A stretch of 64,000 nt of DNA from a bacterium (GTDB lineage: Bacteria > Patescibacteriota > Microgenomatia > Levybacterales > UBA12049), in the NCBI GenBank assembly GCA_021791545.1, contig JAJYWL010000016.1, positions 9,533 to 73,532 of the forward strand, given 5' to 3'. The position numbers and the translations under genes were made by a program. This document shows positions 1-11,359 of the stretch, in pieces. The notes under the pieces are model-generated. The model did no database searches and was not told where the DNA came from. It saw nothing but the letters and a program-made list of their open reading frames with translations. Within the stretch, counting starts at the first letter, position 1, and each line of letters starts with the position of its first letter.

Positions 1-459
1 TCCCTTTCCTTCATTTAGTTTTTCTCTAAAATCAAGGATTTTTCTTAGTCCAATCAAATTCTTATGTTCTCCTTTTTCCATTAATTTTGCTATTTCACAA
101 AAAATTGAAAAATTCTTCTTTTTTGAATCTGAAAGAACTGGGAATCTTTGAAAATATGGAATAACTTTCTGAATTATATCCTTTGGATTTGTTACATCAA
201 AAGAGTGTAAGTTATCAATTTTTCTGACTTTAATAATTCCGCAATCCAACTCCTGCTTTAGTAAATAAAGCATAGAAGGATCCTTTTGTGAAACATTAAA
301 GCTCATTACAACTTGCCAATTAACTTTATAATCAGCTTTTCTTCGTAAAGAAACATTGAAACTACCTTCTCCTTCGACAAATCCTGCTAGGAAAAATCCA
401 AGTTTTTCCTTATTCAAGTCTTTCCTGCTGATTTTCCGCACTGAACTCATTATCACCAT
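1..459 (-). CDS. Intron-encoded single-motif LAGLIDADG homing endonuclease (3'-truncated; not in ORF track)
   Basis: Manual translation MVIMSSVRKISRKDLNKEKLGFFLAGFVEGEGSFNVSLRRKADYKVNWQVVMSFNVSQKD...VIPYFQRFPVLSDSKKKNF, I-CreI-like motifs. Start could be 459 or 450. Confidence 0.9.
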   Translation of the reverse strand, partial: MVIMSSVRKISRKDLNKEKLGFFLAGFVEGEGSFNVSLRRKADYKVNWQVVMSFNVSQKDPSMLYLLKQELDCGIIKVRKIDNLHSFDVTNPKDIIQKVIPYFQRFPVLSDSKKKNFSIFCEIAKLMEKGEHKNLIGLRKILDFREKLNEGKG

Positions 460-561
460 AATACATGGTAGAGTCAGATACTTCAACCGTTTGTTTTTCA
501 ACAACGGTACGGTTTTTCCAGCATATAGTCGACTTTTACAACTACAACAACTTTTGGTTTT
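1..561 (-). mobile_element. Group I intron in 23S rRNA at E. coli-equivalent position L1917 (5' part; runs off the window)
   Basis: 23S sequence GTAAACGGCAGCAGTAACTAT (helix 69) breaks after U1917 (pos 562). Internal guide GUAGUU (540-545) pairs with exon AACUAU, giving a U.G pair at the splice site. P element AUGCUGGAAA (515-524) and Q element AAUCAGCAGG (424-433) are present. Confidence 0.9.
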
Positions 562-2530
<1,969 letters not shown>

Positions 2531-2574
2531 TAATTTCTGTTATACAACAGATTTAAAGACTTTCTTCTCTTCAC

Positions 2575-2645
2575 TTTTCAAAGAGCCAAATCATCATTAT
2601 CTAGTGCGTAGCGACCAGGTCATTCTGGTACAGCGCTACGCACTA
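2575..2645 (-). promoter_or_regulatory. rRNA spacer hairpin and boxA-like antitermination element
   Basis: 12-bp perfect inverted repeat TAGTGCGTAGCG/CGCTACGCACTA (2602-2645), followed on the minus strand by GCTCTTTGAAAA (boxA-like). Confidence 0.6.
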
Positions 2646-2659
2646 AACAACAATGTGAG

Positions 2660-2732
2660 TGGACCGGAAGAGATTCGAACTCTCGACCTTCGCGATGCAA
2701 ACGCGACGCTCTACCAGCTAAGCTACCGGCCC
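2660..2732 (-). tRNA. tRNA-Ala(TGC)
   Basis: Cloverleaf GGGCCGG...TTTGCAT...GTTCGAATC...CCGGTCCA with G3:U70; CCA not encoded. Confidence 0.96.
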
Positions 2733-2906
2733 GAGTCTCTGGGTCCAAAATATTAAAAGTACAATTTGAAAGTTATTAAAGCGGAAAAAATACCTAAGAA
2801 GCCATCAAAAACCCTTTTGGGTTAAAGACATTATTCTGTTTGCTATCATAAGTAAGTTTCCACTTTATCAAGCCAACTAAGGCTGGATAAACGTTCACTA
2901 ACAGGG

Positions 2907-2935
2907 AGTTTACCATAGGTAAAAGAAGGTGTCAA
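2907..2935 (-). promoter_or_regulatory. Sigma70 promoter for tRNA-Ala/23S
   Basis: TTGACA-17 bp-TAAACT on the minus strand. Confidence 0.75.
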
Positions 2936-2970
2936 TAGCCTTGTAAGAGTAGGGTAAGAAAAAGCTGATT

Positions 2971-3243
2971 TTACTTTTCTTCGTTATCTTTTTTTCTTAA
3001 TTCTTTTTCTTTTTCCAACTCTGGCTCAACTTCTTCCTCTACCTTGCTATTCATTTTCGTCCTCATCTCAAAAATCTGTTCACGCAGCCTATCATTTAAC
3101 TCTTCTGCTCTTTTCTTAAACTTCTTGTTCTTCAGTGCTTCCGAAAGTCCTATCGCAAGTCCAGCTCCCGCCAAAGCACCCATAAACCCGGCCAGTGCTG
3201 AACCTAGCCCCCTATCATCATTTCTTTCATCATAATATGCCAT
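2971..3243 (-). CDS. Small membrane-anchored protein, YtxH-like
   Basis: Gly/Ala-rich hydrophobic helix followed by a charged coiled coil. ATG at 3243 lies 6 nt after TATAGT. Confidence 0.6.
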   Translation of the reverse strand: MAYYDERNDDRGLGSALAGFMGALAGAGLAIGLSEALKNKKFKKRAEELNDRLREQIFEMRTKMNSKVEEEVEPELEKEKELRKKDNEEK

Positions 3244-3333
3244 ACTCAAACTATAGTCGTTAAAGGAAACAAAGTTTACAAAATAAGGTAAGAAAAAAGT
3301 AATTAGAAAATTTACTTCTGATATACTTAATGA

Positions 3334-4005
3334 ATGAATCCAGGTTCTCCCGAAACTTCACACCAAAATCCCAATGGAACAATAACAACAGAATCGCTCT
3401 CCCATTTAGACCAGTGGGCCATTGCACCAATCTTAAAATTTGAACCCCAAATTCTTGCACAAGATAAATGGCAAGAAATGATTGAAAATACCCAAGCTGA
3501 TGGAAATGAAAGAGGGATAGTTATCAGTTGGGATGGTAAAAAACTTTTAGAAAGTAAAGTCTTTAGCGGAACAGAGGCTGGAATTGTTTCACCCGGACTT
3601 CCACATGGGCTAAAAACCCTAAGCCCTTTTATAAACGAATTGGTGAATATACATACTCATCCTCTACCCCAAGATTTAAAAGTTCCAACCACTATTTTTT
3701 CAGACCTGGATATTAATGCCCTTCTTAAAAGATCACTTAAAGCTTTAGTTGTCTTAGATAAAGGCGGAGTACACATGTTATCAAGGACCCCCTACTCTTC
3801 TTATTTTTCAGATCCTGAACAAGGAGACAAACCGGTGAGAATATCAAATGAGGTAATTGGTATAGCTGAAAACAACACCGGTCTTATAGCTGAAGCAAGG
3901 CTTGAAATGGCTAAAAGACTTAAGCCATTGGGAATAAATTACTATTATTCGCCTGATTTAAATCTGTCTGCAGATAGACTTGTTGAGTTAGCCCAAGTAA
4001 GATAG
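3334..4005 (+). CDS. Hypothetical protein with JAB/MPN-like metal motif
   Basis: 223 aa; GNERG...NIHTHP-x-FSDLD resembles the E...HxH...SxxD motif. Confidence 0.6.
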   Translation: MNPGSPETSHQNPNGTITTESLSHLDQWAIAPILKFEPQILAQDKWQEMIENTQADGNERGIVISWDGKKLLESKVFSGTEAGIVSPGLPHGLKTLSPFINELVNIHTHPLPQDLKVPTTIFSDLDINALLKRSLKALVVLDKGGVHMLSRTPYSSYFSDPEQGDKPVRISNEVIGIAENNTGLIAEARLEMAKRLKPLGINYYYSPDLNLSADRLVELAQVR

Positions 4006-4007
4006 CT

Positions 4008-4409
4008 TTACCTTTGCTCCAAGGCAACACCTAACCCTGTTTTTTCTAAATAATCGCTTGTTGCCCTCCTAAATTCCCTTTGCTTTTCTTCCAATTCCCT
4101 TGCTAATTCCAAATCTTCAATTGCCATATTAGCATCAAAACCAAAACTAACAACACTCGTATTTACCGAAGATCTTTGTATTAAAAGCCTTGAATATGGA
4201 AATTTTTTAGAAGCAATTTTAAGATCAAATTCTGTCCAAAATTTTAAGACATGAGAAACATCATCCAAATTAGGATACCTTTTAGAAGGCTCGGGAGTTT
4301 GGGCAACATTAAAATATATTTCAGATATATCTTTTAATCTTTCTTGAGATAAATCTGAAAGCCTAATTCCATAAAACACTTCCTGAGGTCGCTTTCCTGC
4401 TTCTGTCAT
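4008..4409 (-). CDS. Hypothetical protein
   Basis: 133-aa ORF with TATAAT 7 nt upstream of the ATG. Confidence 0.65.
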   Translation of the reverse strand: MTEAGKRPQEVFYGIRLSDLSQERLKDISEIYFNVAQTPEPSKRYPNLDDVSHVLKFWTEFDLKIASKKFPYSRLLIQRSSVNTSVVSFGFDANMAIEDLELARELEEKQREFRRATSDYLEKTGLGVALEQR

Positions 4410-4446
4410 TTCAAAAATTATAGCAAAATATAAATATTGAAGAAAA

Positions 4447-4824
4447 CTACATTCCCGGAGGAGTTTCTATAATTGCAATAGTATTCCCCTCCGTATCTTT
4501 AAATTGAGAATAAATTCCTACTCTTTCCATTTCTACTTTTTCGTTTACTTTAGTTCCTCCTGCTTTTTGAATTTTTTCTGCATAATCGTCGTAATTTGGT
4601 ACCTGAACATATATCACACAGGCATTTGGATCGCCTTCAGATGAAGGATTTTCCCTTCTCATCAGTCCTCCGTTTAAACCTTCTTTTGTATCAATGTTCC
4701 AGTAATCAATTCCGCCCTCCTCTGAACCTTGAAATTTCGTTATTTCCCAACCGAAAACATCCCGATAAAACTTTATTGCTCTCTCGGGATCATCCGCGTG
4801 AATTTCAAAGTGGACTATTTTCAT
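4447..4824 (-). CDS. VOC/glyoxalase-bleomycin resistance family protein
   Basis: IVHFEIHADDPERAIKFY...FGW...FKDTEGN motifs. Confidence 0.9.
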   Translation of the reverse strand: MKIVHFEIHADDPERAIKFYRDVFGWEITKFQGSEEGGIDYWNIDTKEGLNGGLMRRENPSSEGDPNACVIYVQVPNYDDYAEKIQKAGGTKVNEKVEMERVGIYSQFKDTEGNTIAIIETPPGM

Positions 4825-4887
4825 ATAAAAATATTATCTCAAGAATAAATATTTAAGAATAAAAAATAGTAAGAAGAAAGTAAAAAA

Positions 4888-6282
4888 TTAATGGATGTAT
4901 TTTCTAAACAAGCCGCTTCTAAAAGTAGGGTCTGCGTATTTTCCAATGTAATTTGAAAAACTTTTAATACCAGCTCTTATCTTTGGAGCAACGTATCCTA
5001 CGCTTACTCTTGTTAAATAAAATCTTTCTATAGTCTTTTTATTTTTATGTATTACATTATAAATAGGAACCAAACCCAAAATACCCTTAAGCCTACTTTT
5101 CTTTCCGCTTTTTTGCCAAGTCTTAAAGTATTGATAAGCTGCAATTGCCCAAAGCTGAGGATCATTTTTCCCGGGCTTCATTGTTTGATTGTCTATTATA
5201 AAAAGTTCCGGGTAACTTCCCTCATAGGAAAATAGATAATTAGTTACTCTGAAACTTACTTCTTTTACATGATTTAGTACCATAACAAGTTCTTCATCCT
5301 CTATCTTTTTTGCCCACTCTAAATGTTTTACAGCACCTTTATGGATAAGAGCTTGTTCATGAGTCCAAAGAGTTCTTGCATGATAAGCATCTGGGACTCT
5401 TGCGGCATCTTTTGGGTCCAAAACTCTGTATCCAAGAGGCGTTTCCAACACCACTGAAGACTGAACAATTTCTTTAATCATCTTTGGAGATATATCTTGA
5501 GGATTTAAATAAAATAGAGCTTCCAGCCCGTCCGAACTTATCGCTTTTATTTCACCATTCCCGTCTATTGCTATCGGAAAATTCCCCATCTCCTTATCGA
5601 AAAGTAAGGGAATGCTTTTTCTCATTTCCTCTGCCCTTTTATAAAGATCTTCTGACATAAGTAAATGAGATGCAGCTCTTAGACCTGCCAAATTCTGAAT
5701 CTGCACAAGAGGATATTTAACGGGATATATAGGTTCTCCGTTAGTTCTGTCTAAAAGAATTGAGTCTTTCCAATATGTAACTTTTAAAGCATATTTTTGC
5801 GCATCGCTAAATCTTGGATCTTCTATAAATATATTATTTTCGTCCAAATGCATAAGTATATATTCTGCCGCCATTTTTATATTCTCTTTTTGAGCATCGG
5901 AAAGATGCCTGTTTCCTGTAAGTTTTTGATATTCTTCATGGGCGATAAGATAAAGTGCCGTCGTATCCGATGCATTAAATTTTGTAGTAAGACCCGGACT
6001 TTGAGAAAGCTCTACCCCATCGTTTAATTCGGTATCATATTCATGAAAAATTATTCCGGGTTGTTCACCTGTTCTTGGATCTTTTTTGACTCCCTGAATA
6101 GAAGCTGCAAACTTTAGCTTATTCTCAAGCATCATTGCATTTCCCGACAAAAGAGCAGACAAAACTCCGTCTCTCATAAATGTCCTGGGAAATCCGGGAA
6201 GACCCGCTTTATAGAGGATATAGTCACCATATTTAAAACTTAACTGGTCCAGTGGATCAATAGATAAATTAGCTTTTGCCAT
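4888..6282 (-). CDS. Glycogen-debranching-like (alpha/alpha)6 glycoside hydrolase
   Basis: AGLPGF...RD, GEQPGIIFHE, DTTALYL, WKDS, YH..TLW, PELF, PQLWA motifs. Confidence 0.75.
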   Translation of the reverse strand: MAKANLSIDPLDQLSFKYGDYILYKAGLPGFPRTFMRDGVLSALLSGNAMMLENKLKFAASIQGVKKDPRTGEQPGIIFHEYDTELNDGVELSQSPGLTTKFNASDTTALYLIAHEEYQKLTGNRHLSDAQKENIKMAAEYILMHLDENNIFIEDPRFSDAQKYALKVTYWKDSILLDRTNGEPIYPVKYPLVQIQNLAGLRAASHLLMSEDLYKRAEEMRKSIPLLFDKEMGNFPIAIDGNGEIKAISSDGLEALFYLNPQDISPKMIKEIVQSSVVLETPLGYRVLDPKDAARVPDAYHARTLWTHEQALIHKGAVKHLEWAKKIEDEELVMVLNHVKEVSFRVTNYLFSYEGSYPELFIIDNQTMKPGKNDPQLWAIAAYQYFKTWQKSGKKSRLKGILGLVPIYNVIHKNKKTIERFYLTRVSVGYVAPKIRAGIKSFSNYIGKYADPTFRSGLFRKYIH

Positions 6283-6359
6283 ATTACTTACCTACTATAA
6301 CCCCGGATTAAGAAATTACAACACTGAATCTAACTAGAGGACTTCTTATAGTAATTTTG

Positions 6360-7274
6360 CTATGAGGTTTCTCTTAGGTATTTTTCTACCTCAAGAGCGG
6401 CTGCCGAACCGTAGCCGGCCGCTGTTATAGCCTGTCTATAATGTGTATCGTGAACGTCTCCTGCCGTATAAACTCCCTTGATGTTAGTCTTGAAATGATC
6501 ATAAGCTTTTATGTAACCTACCTCGTCAAGATCAATTACCCCCTGGAATAGCTTGGTATTGGGTATATGACCTATTGCTACAAAAACTCCGTCTATGGGC
6601 ATTTCCGACTCTTCGCCAGTTTTATTATTTTTTATTTTGACTTTTTCTACCTTAAGCTCTCCTAATATCTCTGTTACTTCGGTGTTATATATAAACTTTA
6701 TCTTGGGGTTTTCCATTGCCTTTTGCTGCATTGCCTTTGAAGCTTTTAGGGTGTCCCCTCTGTAAACGACGGTAACCGAGGTCGCAAAATTAGCTAATAC
6801 TGTAGCTTCTTCCATCGCAGAATCTCCTCCCCCCACAACTATTACATTTCTGTCTCTAAAAAAGGCGGCATCACAAGGAGCACAAGAAGATACCCCTCTT
6901 CCGATCTTTTCTGCTTCTCCCGGTACTCCGAGCCATTTAGTATCGGCTCCTGTTGCCAAGATAACGGTTTTTCCTTCATATTCCTGGTCTCCTACTTTTA
7001 CCTTAAAAATATCACCGGAAAAGTCAAGAGAAGTAAAGTCGGAATCAACCATTTCTGCTCCAAATCTCTCTGCCTGTTTTCTCATGTTTGTCATAAGCTC
7101 AGGTCCCTGAATCCCTTCAGGAAATCCGGGAAAATTCTCTACGAGAGTCGTAAGCATTAATTGTCCTCCCCATTTAACACCGCTAATAACCAAAGTCTTA
7201 AGTGATGCTCTGGTCGTATAAATTGCTGCGGTTAAACCGGCAGGACCTCCACCTAAAATAATTACGTCGTACAT
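6360..7274 (-). CDS. trxB: Thioredoxin-disulfide reductase
   Basis: GGGPAG, CAPCD, GGGDSAMEE, AGD motifs. Confidence 0.97.
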   Translation of the reverse strand: MYDVIILGGGPAGLTAAIYTTRASLKTLVISGVKWGGQLMLTTLVENFPGFPEGIQGPELMTNMRKQAERFGAEMVDSDFTSLDFSGDIFKVKVGDQEYEGKTVILATGADTKWLGVPGEAEKIGRGVSSCAPCDAAFFRDRNVIVVGGGDSAMEEATVLANFATSVTVVYRGDTLKASKAMQQKAMENPKIKFIYNTEVTEILGELKVEKVKIKNNKTGEESEMPIDGVFVAIGHIPNTKLFQGVIDLDEVGYIKAYDHFKTNIKGVYTAGDVHDTHYRQAITAAGYGSAAALEVEKYLRETS

Positions 7275-7284
7275 ATTAAAAGTC

Positions 7285-7602
7285 TTATCCGAGAACTGCG
7301 TCTATTTCTTTCTTGAAATTCTCTTTGCTTTGTGCCCCTATCATTTGCTTAACGGGCTGTCCGTTTTTGAAAATCATTATTGTAGGAATACTCATAATTC
7401 CAAAGCTGGAAGCTGTTTGACCGTTCTGATCTACATTTAATTTACCTACTTTAAGTTTTCCGGAGTAATCTCCGGCGAGTTCTTCTACTATTGGGCCTAC
7501 AATTCTGCAAGGCATACACCATTCTGCCCAGAAATCAACCAATACAGGAACTTCCGATTTTAATACTTCTTCCGCAAAATTTTGATCTGTAATATCTACC
7601 AT
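7285..7602 (-). CDS. trxA: Thioredoxin
   Basis: [10 protein letters not shown]; SD GGAGGTG and a TTGACA promoter upstream. Confidence 0.96.
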   Translation of the reverse strand: MVDITDQNFAEEVLKSEVPVLVDFWAEWCMPCRIVGPIVEELAGDYSGKLKVGKLNVDQNGQTASSFGIMSIPTIMIFKNGQPVKQMIGAQSKENFKKEIDAVLG

Positions 7603-7652
7603 CGTTCACCTCCTCGCTTTCTAAAATACCAGAGAAAAATCTTCCCTGTCAA

Positions 7653-7952
7653 TTAGTTTTCAAGTATTTTCTTTACAAACTGTGCGTTCTCGCCTTCTCC
7701 CAATGAATAACAAATATTCTGTCCTGTCCTTTTAGTTTCTACAATACCCATAGATTTAAGTTTGGAAAGTTGATGAGATACTGCAGAAATTGAAATATCG
7801 ACCTTCTTTGTTATGTCCGAAACACATGGACCGTTCTCCTCTACCAAAACGGAAAGGATCTTAAGACAATTAGGATCTCCTATACATTTAAATATTGCTG
7901 CCTTTTCTAAAAGTTGGACATCTTTCTGTTTATTGATATTGAATGGATTCAT
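7653..7952 (-). CDS. ArsR/SmtB family transcriptional regulator
   Basis: SAVSHQLSKLKSMGIV wHTH and four Cys residues. Start revised to ATG 7952, downstream of the operator. Confidence 0.88.
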   Translation of the reverse strand: MNPFNINKQKDVQLLEKAAIFKCIGDPNCLKILSVLVEENGPCVSDITKKVDISISAVSHQLSKLKSMGIVETKRTGQNICYSLGEGENAQFVKKILEN

Positions 7953-7973
7953 ATTTGAATGATTGCTCAAATA
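7952..7973. promoter_or_regulatory. Putative ArsR/SmtB operator
   Basis: Palindrome TATTTGA-atgattgc-TCAAATA between a TTGACA-18-TATTTT promoter and the arsR start codon. Confidence 0.65.
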
Positions 7974-8001
7974 CTAAAATACACCCGGAAAAGGTTTTAT
8001 G

Positions 8002-9009
8002 TCAAGCAGTTTTTACTAAATTCTGGTATTTCCCCATTAAGAAAGCTTTTATATTAAGTATTGTAGTATCCAGAATCTGGATTAACGCCTCATTACTATT
8101 GAAAGCATTGTGCGGAGTAATGACTACGTCATCCCTTGTTAAAAGTACATGATCCAAAAGCTGTGTTTTTAGATCGACCTTGCTCAGGTACTCAGAGGAA
8201 AGGAATTCTCTCTCTTCTTTAAGACCTACTTCTTCTTCCAAAACATCAAGTCCTGCTCCCGAAAGTATTCCCCTCTCTAAACCCTCAAGCACTGCCTGAG
8301 TCTCTACTAATGATCCTCTTGCCGTATTTATTAGAATTGCTCCTTTTTTGAATTTCCCAATATTTTCCATATTAATGATGTGGTTTGTCTCCTTACAGGC
8401 GGGAAGATGAAGACTAACGACATCCGAATTGGCAAGAAGCTCATCCAAAGAAACAAAACTTACTCCCTTCAAAACGAGGTCTTCATCTATTGTTCTATTA
8501 TGTGCAAGAACTTTCATTCCAAACCCTTGAGCTATCTGTATTGCACTTTTCCCTATATGTCCCGTTCCTATGACACCGAGTGTTTTTCCAAAAAGATCGA
8601 AACCTGTCAATCCTACACTCGAGAAATCCCCCTTCTTAGCCTGCTCTACGGATGGAATGAGTTTTTTAGATAGAGCAAGAATAAGAGCGAAGGCGTGCTC
8701 GGCAACCGTATGGGAACCGTAAGTGGGAACATTTGAGACCGCAATATTATGTGAAGCACAATACGAAAGGTCTATATGATCAAACCCCATGGAACGGGAA
8801 GAAATATATTTAAGATGAGGCATCTTAGAAAGAGTTTCTGCGTTTACTGTTGAATAGATAAATGGAGAAAGAATGGTCGCGTCTTCAAATTTAGAGGCAT
8901 TTGTAGCCTCAAGCTTTTCCGGAGTCAATTCTAATACGTGGTCCGGAAGAGCTTTTCTTATATAATCCTCTTCCCATTTTTCTATCTCACAAAATACGAT
9001 TTTTTCCAT
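8002..9009 (-). CDS. D-2-hydroxyacid (D-lactate-like) dehydrogenase
   Basis: GVIGTGHIG, INTARG, LDVLEEE, TPHNAF motifs. Confidence 0.9.
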   Translation of the reverse strand: MEKIVFCEIEKWEEDYIRKALPDHVLELTPEKLEATNASKFEDATILSPFIYSTVNAETLSKMPHLKYISSRSMGFDHIDLSYCASHNIAVSNVPTYGSHTVAEHAFALILALSKKLIPSVEQAKKGDFSSVGLTGFDLFGKTLGVIGTGHIGKSAIQIAQGFGMKVLAHNRTIDEDLVLKGVSFVSLDELLANSDVVSLHLPACKETNHIINMENIGKFKKGAILINTARGSLVETQAVLEGLERGILSGAGLDVLEEEVGLKEEREFLSSEYLSKVDLKTQLLDHVLLTRDDVVITPHNAFNSNEALIQILDTTILNIKAFLMGKYQNLVKTA

Positions 9010-9074
9010 TCAATTAAACTATAACATAAGTTTGGTTATTGACAAAAGTTTTAAAAAAAGGCTAAAATTCTTTT

Positions 9075-9860
9075 ATGGCAAAAGCGGCTAAGCCTCAAAA
9101 ACTCAATTTTTTACCTAAAAAAACTCCTGCTTTTATAGATAATGTAGTAAAAGGAAAATCATATACTCCTCTTTTAGTCCTTCTTTTAGTAGTAGCTGCA
9201 TTCTTAATAGGAATGCTTGTCACAAAAATTCAATATCTTGAAAAGAGTGCACAGCAAGCTCCATCCGTTGCCCAACAACAGCAACAGCAGGGACAACAAC
9301 CTCCTACCCTTGCACCGGGACAAAGAGTCACTGTTGATACGGGAAATCTTCCTGTTATGGGAGACAAAAATGCAAAAGTAACAGTTGTTGAATTTGCAGA
9401 CTATCAATGCCCATACTGCGAAAAATGGTTTACAGATTCGGAGCAAAATATGATAAACGATTATGTTAAAACAGGAAAAGTAAAATTTGCTTTCAGAGAT
9501 TATCCTTTCCTCGGTCAAGAGTCTACCTGGGCAGCAGAAGCCGCAAGATGCGCTAACGATCAAGGCAAATTCTGGGATTATCATGATTATCTATACAAAC
9601 ATCAGGGTCCTGAAAATGGCGGAACATTCACTAAAGACAGCCTTAAGAAATTCGCAGCAGATTTGGGACTTGATACTACCCAATTCAACTCCTGCCTAGA
9701 CACAGATAAATACTCAAAAGCCGCAGCCGATGACTTGGCAGCAGGACAAAAAGCTGGAGTATCAGGAACTCCAACAATCTATGTAAATGGTCTTCAGTTA
9801 GTAGGAGCACAACCTTACGAGACACTTAAACAAACTATTGATCAGGAGCTTTCAAAATAA
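9075..9860 (+). CDS. DsbA-family thiol-disulfide oxidoreductase, membrane anchored
   Basis: TM helix, poly-Q linker, DYQCPYC and GTPT motifs. Promoter TTGACA-18-TAAAAT-6-ATG. Confidence 0.92.
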   Translation: MAKAAKPQKLNFLPKKTPAFIDNVVKGKSYTPLLVLLLVVAAFLIGMLVTKIQYLEKSAQQAPSVAQQQQQQGQQPPTLAPGQRVTVDTGNLPVMGDKNAKVTVVEFADYQCPYCEKWFTDSEQNMINDYVKTGKVKFAFRDYPFLGQESTWAAEAARCANDQGKFWDYHDYLYKHQGPENGGTFTKDSLKKFAADLGLDTTQFNSCLDTDKYSKAAADDLAAGQKAGVSGTPTIYVNGLQLVGAQPYETLKQTIDQELSK

Positions 9861-9862
9861 CC

Positions 9863-10618
9863 TCAACCCAGAAGCTTAATTAATCCCCAGATAAGAAGAA
9901 TGCCCAAGATAAAGAAGAATGTTTCATTAAAGGCAAGACTTCTTTTTGCTTTGGTATGTATTTCGGGAAGAAGGTCTGTTGCCGAAAGGTAAAGAAAATT
10001 TGCCGTAGTTATAGCAAGCATTACGGGGATAATCTTTTCAAAAAAGCTTCCTACATAGAATGCGATAAGTGCTCCTAAAATAGCCAAAACCCCCGTAAGG
10101 AAATTAAATCCGAATACTTTCCATCTTCCATATCCTTTATGAATTAATATTCCAAAATCCCCTAGCTCATGGGGAATCTCATGGATAAAAACTGCTGTTG
10201 CAGTAACTAAACCTAAAGGAAAACTTACCAAAAAGCTGGTAGCAATAGAAATTCCGTCTATGAAGTTATGCATTCCGTCTCCGGAAAGAAGAAAGCCTAC
10301 AGGAAGCCTCATTTCATCTTCCAACGCCTTCTTATCCTCTTCCCCATGATGATGAATAAAGATAAAAAGCCTCTCTATGACAAAAAAGGCGGCAAAAGAA
10401 ATAGCAATCCATAGAAAAGCATTGTCTCCTCCCTTTTCTATCGTCTCCTTCATCGTGTCCAAAAAACCTGTTGCGAGAAGTGCCCCCGCGGCAAAAGAAA
10501 CCAAAGAAAAGGAAAACTTTTTCATTAATTCCTCTTTAAAAAGAAGTATACCCACCAAGAATAATGACAGTATCGAAGCCAGAAAGGTGAAAAATAAAAT
10601 GGTTACTAATGTATTCAT
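9863..10618 (-). CDS. ZIP family metal (Zn) transporter
   Basis: HNFIDG, HEIPHELGDF and a His-rich loop. Confidence 0.93.
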   Translation of the reverse strand: MNTLVTILFFTFLASILSLFLVGILLFKEELMKKFSFSLVSFAAGALLATGFLDTMKETIEKGGDNAFLWIAISFAAFFVIERLFIFIHHHGEEDKKALEDEMRLPVGFLLSGDGMHNFIDGISIATSFLVSFPLGLVTATAVFIHEIPHELGDFGILIHKGYGRWKVFGFNFLTGVLAILGALIAFYVGSFFEKIIPVMLAITTANFLYLSATDLLPEIHTKAKRSLAFNETFFFILGILLIWGLIKLLG

Positions 10619-11049
10619 TTCTTACAAGCTGAGCAGAGGCCGAAAAATTCAAGAGCATGTCTTTTCACAAAAAATTTATTAGCTTTCTCTATCTCTTTCT
10701 CCATTTGGGGAATTACAGTATCCGAAATAGTCTGTACTTTTCCGCAGTTTTCGCAGATCAAGTGATGGTGATCCCCCTTACTGTTAAGTTCATAGCTAAT
10801 TTTACCTTTTTTAACTTGAACCTCGTGTGTTATTCCCTTCTTCAGAAAGTCGTTCATCATTCTAAATACGGTTGCTCTGTCTACTCTAATATTATTATTT
10901 TTTAAATAATCTAGGATTTCTCCGGCGTCAACCGGACCTTGAGTTTCAAAAAACCTAAGGACCTCTACTCTTGCGGGTGTAGCTTTGAGGTTAAATTCTT
11001 TCAGTTCATCTTCGCACCTATGTTCTTGTTTCTTAAAGGGGTTTAACAT
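10615..11049 (-). CDS. Fur-family regulator (Zur-like)
   Basis: HHHLICENCG...GLCSAC. Start revised to ATG 11049. Overlaps the ZIP start by 4 nt. Confidence 0.9.
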   Translation of the reverse strand: MLNPFKKQEHRCEDELKEFNLKATPARVEVLRFFETQGPVDAGEILDYLKNNNIRVDRATVFRMMNDFLKKGITHEVQVKKGKISYELNSKGDHHHLICENCGKVQTISDTVIPQMEKEIEKANKFFVKRHALEFFGLCSACKK

Positions 11050-11055
11050 GGCACA

Positions 11056-11084
11056 AGTATATGCAACTTGATTGCATTTGTCAA
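11056..11084 (-). promoter_or_regulatory. Promoter with Zur-like operator in its spacer
   Basis: TTGACA-aatgcaatcaagttgca-TATACT-6 nt-ATG; palindrome ATGCAA-N5-TTGCAT at 11061-11077. Confidence 0.75.
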
Positions 11085-11087
11085 GTA

Positions 11088-11357
11088 TCAATGGAGAATT
11101 TGGAAATCTAAGAAGCTATCCTGATTATTTTCCCAATTAACATCCAAGCTTTTTACTTCAGAAAGGAAGGGGCCTTTCTCCATAATTCTTATTAAATCTT
11201 CTATCTTTTCTTTAGGGCCCCGAACGACTGCCTCTACTCTTCCGTCTGAAAGATTCTTAACCCATCCTTTTAATTCTAATTTTCTTGCGTTTCTTTTTAC
11301 AAAAGCTCTATATCCAACACCTTGAACAAAACCAATAACAAAAATGTGAGCGTCCAT
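11088..11357 (-). CDS. acyP: Acylphosphatase
   Basis: VQGVGYR and GWVKNL.DGRVE motifs. Confidence 0.93.
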   Translation of the reverse strand: MDAHIFVIGFVQGVGYRAFVKRNARKLELKGWVKNLSDGRVEAVVRGPKEKIEDLIRIMEKGPFLSEVKSLDVNWENNQDSFLDFQILH

Positions 11358-11359
11358 AA

